The notes under the pieces were generated by a model. The model searched no databases and was not told where the DNA came from. It saw only the letters and a program-made list of their open reading frames with translations. Of a stretch of DNA of 64,000 nt, positions 1 through 9,729 are shown piece after piece (the first letter of the stretch is position 1; each line of letters begins with the position of its first letter). Source of the DNA: an uncultured delta proteobacterium. Its GTDB lineage: Bacteria > Desulfobacterota > Binatia > UBA9968. Made by a program: the position numbers and the translations under genes. The stretch spans positions 608,001-672,000 of the forward strand of contig CAWFJP010000014.1 in NCBI GenBank assembly GCA_963816145.1, in the 5' to 3' direction.

Positions 1-416
1 TTGACGCCGGGGCCGCGCACGTTGGGGGTTTCGCCGTCATCGAAGAGCCCGACGTGAGTGCTGCCGGCCTGGACGCCGAGAAGTGCCGGGGCGTGGGCTT
101 CGGCCACTGTGCAATCGTTATCGGAGCGATTGTAAGCCCAGTGCACGGTGTTGGCCGGGACGCGGTGGAAGTCGCCTTTCTTGCAGAGAAAGCCCTTGTC
201 TTTGACGAAAAACCAGATCTCGCCGTCGAGCACGTAATTGATCTGTTCGGATTCATGTTCATGTGGCTTGGTATGATAGCCCGGCTTGCGCGTGGCGATC
301 ATTAAACTGCACTCGTTGCCATGGCCTTTGCGGACGACCATCCGGCCGGTACCGGCTTCGCCCGATTGATCCCTTTGATATTCCTTCACGTCGCTGCTTT
401 TTACATGTAAAGGCAT
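1..416 (-). CDS. Cupin-domain protein (3' end runs off the window; not in the ORF track)
   Basis: Manual translation from ATG 416: MPLHVKSSDVKEY...PGYHTKPHEHESEQINYVLDGEIWF...GDFHRVPANTVHWAYN, containing both cupin motifs (H-x-H-x3-Q and P-x4-H); open to base 1. Confidence 0.85.
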   Translation of the reverse strand, partial: MPLHVKSSDVKEYQRDQSGEAGTGRMVVRKGHGNECSLMIATRKPGYHTKPHEHESEQINYVLDGEIWFFVKDKGFLCKKGDFHRVPANTVHWAYNRSDNDCTVAEAHAPALLGVQAGSTHVGLFDDGETPNVRGPGV

Positions 417-489
417 GAATCGTCCCCCTGGTTTTGAAAGATATCGATTTCGTACGCCAAGTGGGCGGGGCGGTCAAGCGCTAATTCCA

Positions 490-518
490 TTGACTTGGCC
501 CCCGGACGGCAGTAAATG
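490..518 (+). promoter_or_regulatory. Putative sigma70 promoter
   Basis: TTGACT (490-495), 17 nt spacer, TAAATG (513-518); GAGGA RBS precedes ATG 534. Confidence 0.4.
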
Positions 519-533
519 CAGAGGCGAGGAATT

Positions 534-1509
534 ATGATTAAGCTCATAGCGTGTCTTGCCGTGCTCGGCGCTTTGCTGCCGAGTGACTCGGTCGCCGAGA
601 AGCTCATGCTCGCCCATGTGGCGATCAATCCCAGCCAAGGGATGCTCCACCTGGCCAAGGATTCCGGCATGCTGGCGAAGTACGGTTTTACCGCTGACGT
701 GATCTTGATTCCGGGCACGCCGCGGACGATTCAGGCATTGATCGCCGGCGATTTAGATTACGTCGCCGCCGGCGCGCCGGCTTCCTTGCGCGCGCGCGCC
801 CAGGGAGCCGATGTGACGATCCTCTCGACACTCGCCAACGTGTCGGCCCAGCGCGTTTTCCTCCGGCCTGATTCCAAGCTCAATAGTTTCAGCGAGCTCA
901 GAGGCAAGATCATCGGCGTGACGCAGTACGGTTCCGGAGGCGATACGTTTTTGCGCGCGGCGCTGCGTAAAACGGGCATTAAAGAATCTGAAGTGACGAT
1001 TCTCCAAATGGGTGGTACGCCGGGCGTCGCACAGGGTTTGGAATCGGGCCGGATCGAAGTCGGCGTGCTCGGCGATTCCGGTTTGCTGTTGGTTTTTCGC
1101 GGGCGGGCCAAACCCTTGAAAGGCGGCAGCGCCAAAGAGCTGGGCATGCGTGGCACCGACGCGCCGCTGACGACCACGGACCGTAAGATCAAAACCGATC
1201 GCGCTGGTGTGCTGCGTTTCATGCAGGCGTATCTCGAAACCGTGCGTTTTTTTATGACCAATAAAGCCGGCACCGCGCGGCTCTTGGCCAAATACATGGG
1301 CGGCACCAGCGAGGAGCATATTTCCCAATGGTGCGACGATCTGCGCGCCAACATCAAGCCGATACCCTATCGCCGACGAAGAATCGTTACAAACCGAGTT
1401 GGAAATGATGAACCCGCCGGGGCAGCAGATTCCCGCGGGTTACATCAACAACAGTATTCTCGATGAGTTAAAAAAGAGTGGTTTCATAGATAAATTGGCT
1501 AAACAATAA
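534..1509 (+). CDS. ABC substrate-binding protein, NMT1/THI5/SsuA-like, with a +1 frameshift near 1371
   Basis: Signal peptide and the pattern G.L.KYG...ALIAGDLD...LRGKIIGVT. Removing one base at ~1371 restores PYADEESLQTELEMM...ILDELKKSGFIDKLAKQ* (TAA 1507-1509), matching the C-termini of neighbouring paralogs. Confidence 0.8.
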
Positions 1510-1525
1510 ACAGGAGGATCGAACC

Positions 1526-1891
1526 ATGGCGAAGATCAGACATATCGCGATCAAGGTAGAGGATCAGGAGAAAGCGGCGAATTTCTATAAGCAGACTTTC
1601 GGCATGACCGAAGCCTGGCGCGGCCCGGTGCGCGACGACGGCAATCGGGCGATCTACTTGACCGACGGTTATATCAACATGGCGGTGCTGCCGGCGCGCG
1701 GTGGGCGTGAAGGCATCGACCACTTCGGCTTCCAAGTCGAAGACATGGACTGGACGCTCAAAAACGCCGAAGTTTCCGGCGCGCAAAAACAAGCGGACGT
1801 AAAACCCAAAGACGGCCGCTTCGCCGAGATGGGTGTGCGCGATCCGGTGGGGCAGCTGGTAGACGTCACGGTGCATGGGTGGAAATCGTAA
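1526..1891 (+). CDS. VOC/glyoxalase family protein
   Basis: IRHIAIKVED...FYKQTFGM, GIDHFGFQVED, RDPVGQLVDV; AGGAGG RBS. Confidence 0.85.
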   Translation: MAKIRHIAIKVEDQEKAANFYKQTFGMTEAWRGPVRDDGNRAIYLTDGYINMAVLPARGGREGIDHFGFQVEDMDWTLKNAEVSGAQKQADVKPKDGRFAEMGVRDPVGQLVDVTVHGWKS

Positions 1892-1905
1892 GTAAGAAAT
1901 TGAAA

Positions 1906-2928
1906 ATGGATAATGGAAAATTGAGAATGGTTTTGGTGCGCCTGTGCGTGTCGATAATAATTGCCAGCTTTCTGCTTATACCGGCGATTCACGCCGCCGA
2001 GCCGACCAAGGTTTTGATCGCCCATGGGGCGATAAGTAATAACGTCGAGCCGTTGTGGATCGCCAAGGAGCAGGGGATTTTTCGCAAGTACGGCATTGAG
2101 GCGGAGTTGGTGTTCATCATCGCAGGGCGGGCGATGCAGGCGATGCTCGCCGGGCAGGTTCCAGTCGGTCTTGTCGGCGGCACCCATGTGGTCAACGCCA
2201 ATACCGGCGGCGGCGATTTCGCGATGGTGCTTGGCCTGGAGAATCAGCTCGACTATTTGTTTCTGGCGAAGCCGACGATCAAGAGCGGCGAGGATCTCAA
2301 GGGTAAGAAAGTCGGCATCGGCACGCCAGCCGGGTCGGCGTCGATGGCGGCGTATGTGGCGTTAGATCACCTCGGTTTGGTGCCGCGCCGCGACAATATC
2401 GTCTTGCTCGGTATCGGCGGTGTCCCGGAACGCATGGGGGCGCTGCGGTCCGGCAGCGTCGATGCCACCGTTCTGTCGCCGGAAATCGGCCAACAAGTGC
2501 TCGGCGAAGGCTATCGCGTGTTGGTCGACCTGGGGAAAGAAAAGGTGCAGTTTCAATCCTCCGGGCTGGTTTTTTCGCGCGCCTGGATCAAGAGCAATGC
2601 GCAACTGGCGGAAAATATCACCAGGGCGACGGCGGAAGGCGTGGCGTACATTCATAAGCCCGCTAATAAAGACGTAGTGATGAAAAGCCTCGGGCGCAAT
2701 TTGCGTTTGAGCAAGCCCGAGCAAACGGAGAAGGCGTATCAGGGCTTGGTGGCTGCGCTGCCGCGCCGGCCTTGCCCGTCCATCGAGGGCATGAACGCCG
2801 TCACTACGCTCATGGCGCAACACGGCATCAACGCCAAGGCCTCGCAGCTGAAGGCCGACGAACAGGTGGATATGAGCTTTTGTAAGCGCTTCGAGGACAG
2901 CGGGTTTTTTAAAAGTTTGTATCAATAA
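1906..2928 (+). CDS. ABC substrate-binding protein, NMT1/THI5-like (start uncertain: 1906 or 1927)
   Basis: Signal peptide, LWIAKEQGIFRKYGIE, DLKGKKVGI, C-terminal EDSGFFKSLY. Confidence 0.85.
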   Translation: MDNGKLRMVLVRLCVSIIIASFLLIPAIHAAEPTKVLIAHGAISNNVEPLWIAKEQGIFRKYGIEAELVFIIAGRAMQAMLAGQVPVGLVGGTHVVNANTGGGDFAMVLGLENQLDYLFLAKPTIKSGEDLKGKKVGIGTPAGSASMAAYVALDHLGLVPRRDNIVLLGIGGVPERMGALRSGSVDATVLSPEIGQQVLGEGYRVLVDLGKEKVQFQSSGLVFSRAWIKSNAQLAENITRATAEGVAYIHKPANKDVVMKSLGRNLRLSKPEQTEKAYQGLVAALPRRPCPSIEGMNAVTTLMAQHGINAKASQLKADEQVDMSFCKRFEDSGFFKSLYQ

Positions 2929-2934
2929 AAAAAC

Positions 2935-3119
2935 ACGTTCAAACCGTTCAATCGCGGGGCTCCGTTCACGTCGCTCCGTTCAAGCCGTTATCGGAGGTTC
3001 AATTCGTCTAACTGTCTTAGTCGAATTCTTCCTCCCCCGCGCCGCGGGGGAGGACCGAGGTGGGGGTTGAACGAAGCGCCAGCGATTGAACGGAGCGAAG
3101 CGGTTGAACGGCTTGAACA
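2935..3119. repeat. Composite palindromic repeat: GTTCAA-type tandem arms around a CCTCCCCCGC/GCGGGGGAGG hairpin
   Basis: Left arm GTTCAAACCGTTCAATCGC...CCGTTCAAGCCG mirrors right arm TTGAACGGAGCG...GGTTGAACGGCTTGAAC. Confidence 0.75.
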
Positions 3120-3150
3120 AATTCATCTTGAAGTGTGTGGGGACTGAAGA

Positions 3151-3927
3151 ATGACAGCGAATTTCAACGGCGCCGCTCTGCCAGCGGACCAATTTATCGC
3201 AGCGATTTGGCAGGAGCGGCGCCGCTACGTGCGTGAAGGGCGCATCAAACAGCCGCACCCTTGGCGCGTCGCGCTGAGCCAGGGCAAGGTATCGCGTCGC
3301 GCGCTGATCGAGTACGTCAAGAACCGTTACTACTTTCTCGCCAACATCAACCGCAAGGACGCCCAGGTGATCGCCAACTGTCCGATCTCCGACGCGCGCC
3401 GCATGCTGCTGCGCAAATATATCGACGAGGAGGGGCAAGATGTCGCCGGCGGCCAGTTGGGGCCGCATTACGACATGTGGCTAAAGATTGCCGACGCGCT
3501 GGGCATCTCGCGCGCAGTGATGCAGAGTTTCGACGAAGTGCTGCCGGTGTATCGTTACACGGTCGACGCGGTTTTCAATTTTGCCAAGCACCAGACTTGG
3601 CTGGAAGGCGTGGCCGCGACCTATGCCACCGAAGGGCGGATGTGGAAGCGCTACACCCCGAAAGCTGAGCACAAAGAGGAAGGCATGTTGGGCGAAGGCG
3701 AGGCGTGGACACGTCACTATGGCTTGCCCAAAGATGCGCTGTTGTTTTTCCAAGTGCACAGCGACGCCAATGACGAGCACGGCGATATCAACGAAGCGAT
3801 TCTCAAAAAATATTGTCTAACCGCGGAACAACAGCAAAAAGCGCTCGCCGCGGCACGCTTCCGTTGGGAGAATCAAGAAACCCGCAGCGATATTATTTAT
3901 CGGTATTTTGTGGTGGGGGAGAGTTGA
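3151..3927 (+). CDS. Heme-oxygenase-like (PqqC/CADD/TenA superfamily) iron-containing redox enzyme
   Basis: YIDEEG...PHYDMWLKIADALG, EGVAATYATE, FFQVHSDANDEH. Confidence 0.75.
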   Translation: MTANFNGAALPADQFIAAIWQERRRYVREGRIKQPHPWRVALSQGKVSRRALIEYVKNRYYFLANINRKDAQVIANCPISDARRMLLRKYIDEEGQDVAGGQLGPHYDMWLKIADALGISRAVMQSFDEVLPVYRYTVDAVFNFAKHQTWLEGVAATYATEGRMWKRYTPKAEHKEEGMLGEGEAWTRHYGLPKDALLFFQVHSDANDEHGDINEAILKKYCLTAEQQQKALAAARFRWENQETRSDIIYRYFVVGES

Positions 3928-3974
3928 TAGAATACCAATTACAAAATCTGCGATCGGTTGAATTCCCAAGTAAG

Positions 3975-5150
3975 ATGAGTCGATTCCTAGACGGCGCTTC
4001 TCAGATAAATCCTCCCCCTCGATGGGGGAGGACAAAGGTGAGGGTGCCCAATATTTCGATGGCGTGCGCAGCACCCCCATCCCTGCCTTCCCCCGTCGAG
4101 GGGGAAGGAGTCGGAGGCGGAGCGCAGTTTGCGCTTCGTTGCTACATCTGGGCGTTCGTAACAATCGCGTCCATCTGTTTGACCACTGTCACATTCGCCC
4201 AGCAGCTTGAAACTCTCAATGTCTCCTACGCTTCGGTCACCGGCAGCCGCATTCCTTTGTGGATCGCCAAGGATGCCGGTTTGTTTGAGAAGTACGGCTT
4301 GAACGTCAATTTAGTTGTGATCGCCGCGGGCAATGCGGCGATTGGCGCATTGGCCAGCGGCGATGTCGAGATTCTTGGCGCGCCGGGTTCGACAACCATG
4401 GTTTCCGCTGCCAAGGGTTTGCCGTTTGCGATCATCGGCACCTTCGGGCCGTCGGCGTGGAAGTTGGCTGCGCATCCATCAATTACCACGATCGAACAGT
4501 TGCGCGGTAAAACGATCGGCATCAGCCGGCCGGGTACAACTGTTGAGTTTGCCACCAAGCGCGCGCTGCAAAAGCTTGGTTTGACACCGGGCAAAGACGT
4601 GAACATTCTCGCCACCGGTTTGGCCGAGTCGAACAAGCGGGTGCTGGTCATGATCCAAGGCAAAATCGACGCGACTTTGGTGAGTCCGGACAATCTTTAC
4701 GAAGCCGAACAGAAGGGCCTCAAGATATCGGTCCTATCGGATTTGAAAGACTTGGGCATATACACCAGCGCCAGCGATCTGTCGGCGAAGCGCGATTTTT
4801 TGAAGAACCAGCGTGCATGGGCGCGCGGTTTCATGATGGCGTTTTGCGAGGCGATCGCGCTGGGGCGGGCGAATAAAAACATCGCGCTGGCGAGCTTTCG
4901 CAAGCATATGCGCGAGAACGATCCGCGCCGGTTGGACAATCTTTATAAAAATTACGTCGTCGACTTTCTGCCGACCAAGCCGTTTCCCATGGAAGACGTG
5001 ATTCAGACCGAGATCGAAAACCTGAAAGAGACGCTGCCGGAGTTTCGCGGCAAGAAAGCCGCCGACTTCGTCGATAAGACTATTCTCACCGACCTCGAAC
5101 GCGAGGGATTCTTCACCCAGCTCGCGAGCAAATACGGGAAGCAACAGTAA
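3975..5150 (+). CDS. ABC substrate-binding protein, NMT1/THI5-like (start uncertain: ATG 3975 or 4059)
   Basis: PLWIAKDAGLFEKYGLNV, QLRGKTIGISRPG, DLEREGFF; hydrophobic signal segment ending TFA-QQ. Confidence 0.85.
   Translation: MSRFLDGASQINPPPRWGRTKVRVPNISMACAAPPSLPSPVEGEGVGGGAQFALRCYIWAFVTIASICLTTVTFAQQLETLNVSYASVTGSRIPLWIAKDAGLFEKYGLNVNLVVIAAGNAAIGALASGDVEILGAPGSTTMVSAAKGLPFAIIGTFGPSAWKLAAHPSITTIEQLRGKTIGISRPGTTVEFATKRALQKLGLTPGKDVNILATGLAESNKRVLVMIQGKIDATLVSPDNLYEAEQKGLKISVLSDLKDLGIYTSASDLSAKRDFLKNQRAWARGFMMAFCEAIALGRANKNIALASFRKHMRENDPRRLDNLYKNYVVDFLPTKPFPMEDVIQTEIENLKETLPEFRGKKAADFVDKTILTDLEREGFFTQLASKYGKQQ
4011..4110. repeat. Double-hairpin REP-like element (CCTCCCCC...GGGGGAGG class) inside the 5' end of the SBP ORF
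   Basis: CCTCCCCCTCGATGGGGGAGG...GGGTG and CACCCCCATCCCTGCCTTCCCCCGTCGAGGGGGAAGG; related copies near 3031, 20826 and 36602. Confidence 0.75.
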
Positions 5151-5408
5151 GGAGTCAGGTGAGGCGCAACCCCTTTCGTAGATTCATTTGCGCTATGGGT
5201 ATTCAAATTGCCTTACTCCCATTGCGTGTGAGACTTTCAATCCATTCGGAAGTCAGACACCAGATAAACAAAAATGATCAGCTCTGGGAGCGGGCGGACG
5301 CCTACTCCTTACCCTTTACCCCTGACGCGTTCCCTTGCTTGTTGACCTGCCGGGATCGATCGGATATTCCATTCAGATTGTTTCATTTGAAGAGGGGAGA
5401 TTTACAGA

Positions 5409-7020
5409 ATGCCGTATTTCGATTTACATCAGCATCTGAAGAATCTCGAAGAGCATGGTTTGCTCAGGCGCATCACGCGCTTGATCAACAAGGACACCGA
5501 ACTCCATCCATTAGTGCGTTGGCAGTATCGTGGCCTGTCGGAAGAAGACCGCCGGGCCTGGCTCTTTGAGAACGTCACCGATGCCAAGGGGCGCAAGTAT
5601 GATATGCCCGTCGTCGTCGGCGCTTTGGCGGGCAAGCCGGAGATTTATTATCTCGGCATGGGCTGCAACAGCGCCGAAGAAATGGACGCGATGTGGAAAA
5701 AAGCTCTGGCCGAGCCGATCAATCCCATTGCCGTGACCAACGCCAAGTGCCAGGAAGTCGTGATTCAAGGTGCTGAACTGGACAAAGAAGGCTGCGGATT
5801 GGACCGTTTCCCGGTGCCGATCTCGACGCCGGGATTCGACAACGGTCCGTACACGACTTGCTCGCACTGGATCACCGCCGATCTCGACACCGGGATTCAA
5901 AACATCGGCAACTACCGCGGCGAGATCAAAGCCGGCAAGCGCGTCGGCGTGTTTCCCTCGGGATTGGGCCAGGATATTTACTTGCACTGGCAGAAGGCGG
6001 TGCAGAAGGGCGTGCATCTGCCCGCCGCGCTGGTGATCGGCGCTCCGCCGATCGTGTCCTATGTGTCGGTGCAGAAGATTCCTTACGGCGTCGATGAGAT
6101 GGGCGTGGCCGGCGGATTGGCCGGCGAGCCGATCCCGATGGTGAAGTGCAAGACCCACGACATCATGGTGCCGGCGGATGCCGAGATTGTCGTCGAAGGC
6201 TATTTGAACACGGAATTCATCGAGCCCGAGGGACCGTTCGGCGAATCGCATGGCTACATGCATCCGCGCCAATTGAATCCGTTCATGGATGTGACTGCGA
6301 TCACTTACCGCAAAGACGCGATTTACACGTTCGTGGCTGAGCCAATTGACGCCGAGCGAATCGTCGGTCATCCGTAAAATCGGTTACGACCGCTTGATGC
6401 TGGTGCATCTGCGCGACGAGTGCCGCATTACTTCAGTCCTGCGCGTCGAGATGCACGAGCCGCTCACCAACACTTACAAGCTGGTCATCATTCAAATGCG
6501 CAAGCCTAATGAAGCCGAAGTGTGGCGCGCGCTGCACGCCGCCTGCTCGTTTCATCCCGGTGTCGGCAAGATCGTCGTCGCGGTGGATGAGGATATCGAC
6601 CCGTCCAACGAAGCCGCGGTATTTTGGGCGATGTGTTACCGCATGAAACCGCACAAGGATGTTCATATCGTTCCCGGCATGGAAAAGGGCCATGCTCCAC
6701 CGTTCCTATACGAGCATGACGTCAAGGGCACCGACGTGGTGTCGTACCATTTGCCGGCGGACGAGTCCGCGATGCTATGCAACGCGATTTTGAAGGAACC
6801 GTTCCCGCCGGTGTCGCTGCCCAAACGCGAATACATGGAGAACGCGCGCAAGATTTGGGAAGAGCTGGAATTGCCGAAGTTGCGGCCGCAATCGCCTTGG
6901 TTCGGCTACTCGCTCGGCCAGTGGAGCGAAGAGCTCGACAAAGAAGCGCAGCTAGCCGTCGAAGGCCGCCACTTTGAAACCGGTGAGAAGTTAAAGAAGG
7001 GCCGGGTCAAAGTTCGCTAG
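5409..7020 (+). CDS. UbiD-family (prFMN-dependent) decarboxylase, with a +1 frameshift near 6330
   Basis: ORFs 5409-6377 and 6346-7020 are consecutive halves: NIGNYR, EGPFGESHGY, GKIVVAVDEDIDP. Removing one T at ~6330 gives ...IYTSWLSQLTPSESS... Confidence 0.85.
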
Positions 7021-7024
7021 TACT

Positions 7025-7127
7025 GAACAGGTTCAAGCCGTTCGATTAGTTCAAATCGTTCAAGCCGTTTAAGATAATGGCGGTTCGGACGTTTTGAACG
7101 ATTCGAACGGCTTGAATTTTTTGAACC
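7025..7127. repeat. GTTCAA-type inverted tandem repeat between convergent genes
   Basis: GTTCAAGCCGTTCGAT...GTTCAAATCGTTCAAGCCG versus TTTGAACGATTCGAACGGCTTGAA...TTGAACC. Confidence 0.7.
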
Positions 7128-7144
7128 TCCGCGAACGCGGAGCG

Positions 7145-8395
7145 CTACGACCGATAGCGCCACAATTGCGGTATCGCCAAGCAGATTCCCAGGATCATCA
7201 GCAAGCAGAGCGCACTGCCGAGCAAGAGCGCGTTGGGGGCACCGACTTGTTGGGCGGCGAAGCCGGCGAGGACGGCGCCCAAGCCGTTGGTGGCTTGGGC
7301 GAAGGCGGTGATAAGACTCGACGCGCGCCCAAGCATGCCGTCGGGGGCGAGCATTTGCACCACTGTGCGGCGGATCGCGACGCTCACCGAGTCGGCGAAG
7401 CCCAAGACTAGCGTCGTGCCCACCGCCATCCAAAACCAATTGGACACGCCCAGAAGCGCCAGGCTGGCGGCAAAGACAACGGCGGCGCAGACGACCAGCA
7501 CGCCCATTCGCTTGACATTGCCGATCATCAGCAGAACCACCGAGCCGACGATGGCGCCGAGCGACGGCGCGCCGTAGAGGATGCCCAAGCCGGAGGCGCC
7601 GGTTTTAAAAACATCCGCGGCGAAGATCGGCAGGATCGGCTTGTAAAAGCCCACTAAGGTGACGCCGAAGTCGAGCAGAAACAGTGACAAGATGATTCTT
7701 TGAATCCAGATAAACTCGATGCCTTCGAAAATGCTTTTCAAATTTACCCGGCGCCGCTCGCCTTCGGGGACGCCGGAAGTACGCATGGAGAAGATCGCGA
7801 TGCCCGAAGGGATGAACATGGCTATGGTTAGAAAGTAGGTGCTGACCAGGCCGCTCTGGTCGATGAGTACACCGCCTAACGCCGGTCCCAGGAGAAAGCT
7901 GGTTTGAATGATGATGGTGTTGAGCGTCACCGCGTTCATCATGTACGACGGCGGCACCAAGCGCGGGATCAGTGCCGATCGGGCCGGCCAGTTGAACACT
8001 TCCACCAGCGCGCCGACAAACCCCAGGGTAAAAATATGCCAGACCTGGATCGTTCCGGTCATGGTCAAGAAGCCGAGCAACAGGCTCGGAATCAGCTGGA
8101 TCGCCACCGTAACGACCAAGAGTTTCTTGCGGTCGAAGGCGTCGGCCACCGCGCCGGCGAACAGTCCGAAGATCACAAAGGGGAACGCTTGGAAAAATCC
8201 GGTGAGGCCGAGCTGCAACGCCGAGCCGGAAATCTCATACACCTGATACAGCCCGGCGACGTTGCGCACTTGGATCGCCACGGCGTTACAAACACTGGCG
8301 ATCCACATCAATCGGTAATCGCGGATGGCCAGCGACGCCCAGGGGCGCGTCGGCGCTGCCTCGGCGCTCGCAGTTATTTCTTCTGAATTAGCCAA
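7145..8395 (-). CDS. MFS transporter (EntS/DHA3-like)
   Basis: Motif A GAVADAFDRKKLL, PARSALIPRLVP, MLGRASS; many hydrophobic segments. Confidence 0.9.
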   Translation of the reverse strand: MANSEEITASAEAAPTRPWASLAIRDYRLMWIASVCNAVAIQVRNVAGLYQVYEISGSALQLGLTGFFQAFPFVIFGLFAGAVADAFDRKKLLVVTVAIQLIPSLLLGFLTMTGTIQVWHIFTLGFVGALVEVFNWPARSALIPRLVPPSYMMNAVTLNTIIIQTSFLLGPALGGVLIDQSGLVSTYFLTIAMFIPSGIAIFSMRTSGVPEGERRRVNLKSIFEGIEFIWIQRIILSLFLLDFGVTLVGFYKPILPIFAADVFKTGASGLGILYGAPSLGAIVGSVVLLMIGNVKRMGVLVVCAAVVFAASLALLGVSNWFWMAVGTTLVLGFADSVSVAIRRTVVQMLAPDGMLGRASSLITAFAQATNGLGAVLAGFAAQQVGAPNALLLGSALCLLMILGICLAIPQLWRYRS

Positions 8396-8519
8396 TGGGA
8401 CGGGATCGATGAAAGTGAAAAGTTACCGACAGCTATAGCGCGAGCGGATGAGGATTGCGAAGGGCAGGCGAGGCGGCGAAGTGTCGCATTCACTTCGCCG
8501 CCCCAACTCGTTTGTCAAA

Positions 8520-8810
8520 CTATCCGACGGCGGCTTGGTGCTTGTCTTCCAAGACGCCTTGATGTTCGGCCTGCGCGAGCACGGCTTCGATGGTTTTTAC
8601 CAACTGGCGCGCCGCGTCGACACTCAGCTCGACCGCTACACGGGCAGCGGGTCCTTTGGACTCATCGACGAAGTCAATGTTGAGCGCATGTTCGAGCGGC
8701 ATGCCGTAGGGATGATCGTAGGAGACGTTGCACTCTTTCAGATCGATCCACTCTTCGCCCTTTTTGCCGCGGCCGTAGATTTTTGCTTGATGGGTGATGC
8801 TTGTACACAT
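8520..8810 (-). CDS. Conserved small protein (DUF6295-like)
   Basis: MCT...VSYDHP...LEHALNIDFV...ARVAVELS; GGAGG RBS; 18 bp downstream of the hydrolase gene. Confidence 0.7.
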   Translation of the reverse strand: MCTSITHQAKIYGRGKKGEEWIDLKECNVSYDHPYGMPLEHALNIDFVDESKGPAARVAVELSVDAARQLVKTIEAVLAQAEHQGVLEDKHQAAVG

Positions 8811-8828
8811 GATTGGATCCTCCGCTGC

Positions 8829-9584
8829 CTACTTCAAATGTTTCTCGCAGAAGGCCAAGACTTTCTTCCAACCGTCGACCGCCTGCTCCTGGCGATAGGC
8901 CGGACGATCGTAATAGAAAAATCCATGGCCGGCGCCGTCGTAGCGGTGAAATTCATGGTTCTTGCCGCACTTCTTGAGTTCGGCTTCATGCTGATTGACC
9001 TGCTCGGGCGAGGGTGATTTATCGTCGTTGCCGAATAGGCCGATCATCGGGCAGGAGAGATCCTTGGTATAGTCGATCGGCGCCACCGGTTTTTTGGGCG
9101 TCAGTTCTTCCGCCTTCATGACCACACCGCCACCCCAGCACTCGACCAGCGCGTCGATGCCTTTGGAGCGGCACGCCGCGAGAAAGCCATGGCGTCCGCC
9201 GGAGCATGTGCCAAAGACGCCGACCTTGCCGTTCAGGTAGGGCTGTGAGCGGAGCAGCTTATTGGCGCCGTCGAGATCGCCCAACACTTGCTCGTCGGGG
9301 ATGCCGCCGGCAGCGCGCACCTTGGCGCCGACATCTTCCGCGGTGCCGTGGCCGTCGCGGAAATAGAGGTTGGGGGAAATCGTCACATAACCATGATGGG
9401 CAAAGCGCCGGGTGCATTCTTTATACCATTCGTCCCAGCCGGGCGCATGGTGGATCAGCACCATCCCGGGAAACGGCCCGGCGCCGAGGGGGCGGGCCAT
9501 ATAAGCGTTGATGGTTTCGCCTTTATGTCCTTGCATGGTCACGGTTTCGGCAATCATACCTTCGTACTGATTGGTTTGATACAT
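8829..9584 (-). CDS. Dienelactone hydrolase family protein
   Basis: Nucleophile elbow GTCSGG, Asp in FGNDD, His in AGHGF; AGGAGG RBS. Confidence 0.9.
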   Translation of the reverse strand: MYQTNQYEGMIAETVTMQGHKGETINAYMARPLGAGPFPGMVLIHHAPGWDEWYKECTRRFAHHGYVTISPNLYFRDGHGTAEDVGAKVRAAGGIPDEQVLGDLDGANKLLRSQPYLNGKVGVFGTCSGGRHGFLAACRSKGIDALVECWGGGVVMKAEELTPKKPVAPIDYTKDLSCPMIGLFGNDDKSPSPEQVNQHEAELKKCGKNHEFHRYDGAGHGFFYYDRPAYRQEQAVDGWKKVLAFCEKHLK

Positions 9585-9699
9585 CTGCTACTCCTCCTTC
9601 AAGAGTTCCACTAAGATCAGAACTCATTAATACGAAACGCCCCGTTTCTGCAACCGCTCGAGAGGGCGTTACCGGGCTAAAAATTCACCCTTTTTGGAC

Positions 9700-9729
9700 T
9701 TGCACGCCGCTGGGCTCTTAAGTTAAGCT
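9700..9729 (+). promoter_or_regulatory. Putative sigma70 promoter for the RRM gene, implying a leader of about 185 nt
   Basis: TTGCAC (9700-9705), 18 nt spacer, TAAGCT (9724-9729). Confidence 0.35.

Noticed and set aside
1365-1375. Programmed frameshift in the first SBP gene
   Set aside because: A single extra base with no slippery sequence. Three similar +1 insertions occur in unrelated genes, so assembly or read error (or recent inactivation) is more likely; read mapping would decide.
2935-3119. CRISPR array (GTTCAA repeats)
   Set aside because: The units are short, irregular and arranged as inverted arms, with no constant 23-47 nt repeats, no unique spacers and no cas genes.
6325-6346. 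Naturally split two-subunit UbiD
   Set aside because: Removing one T restores a continuous protein, and the second ORF has only a TTG start with no clear RBS.
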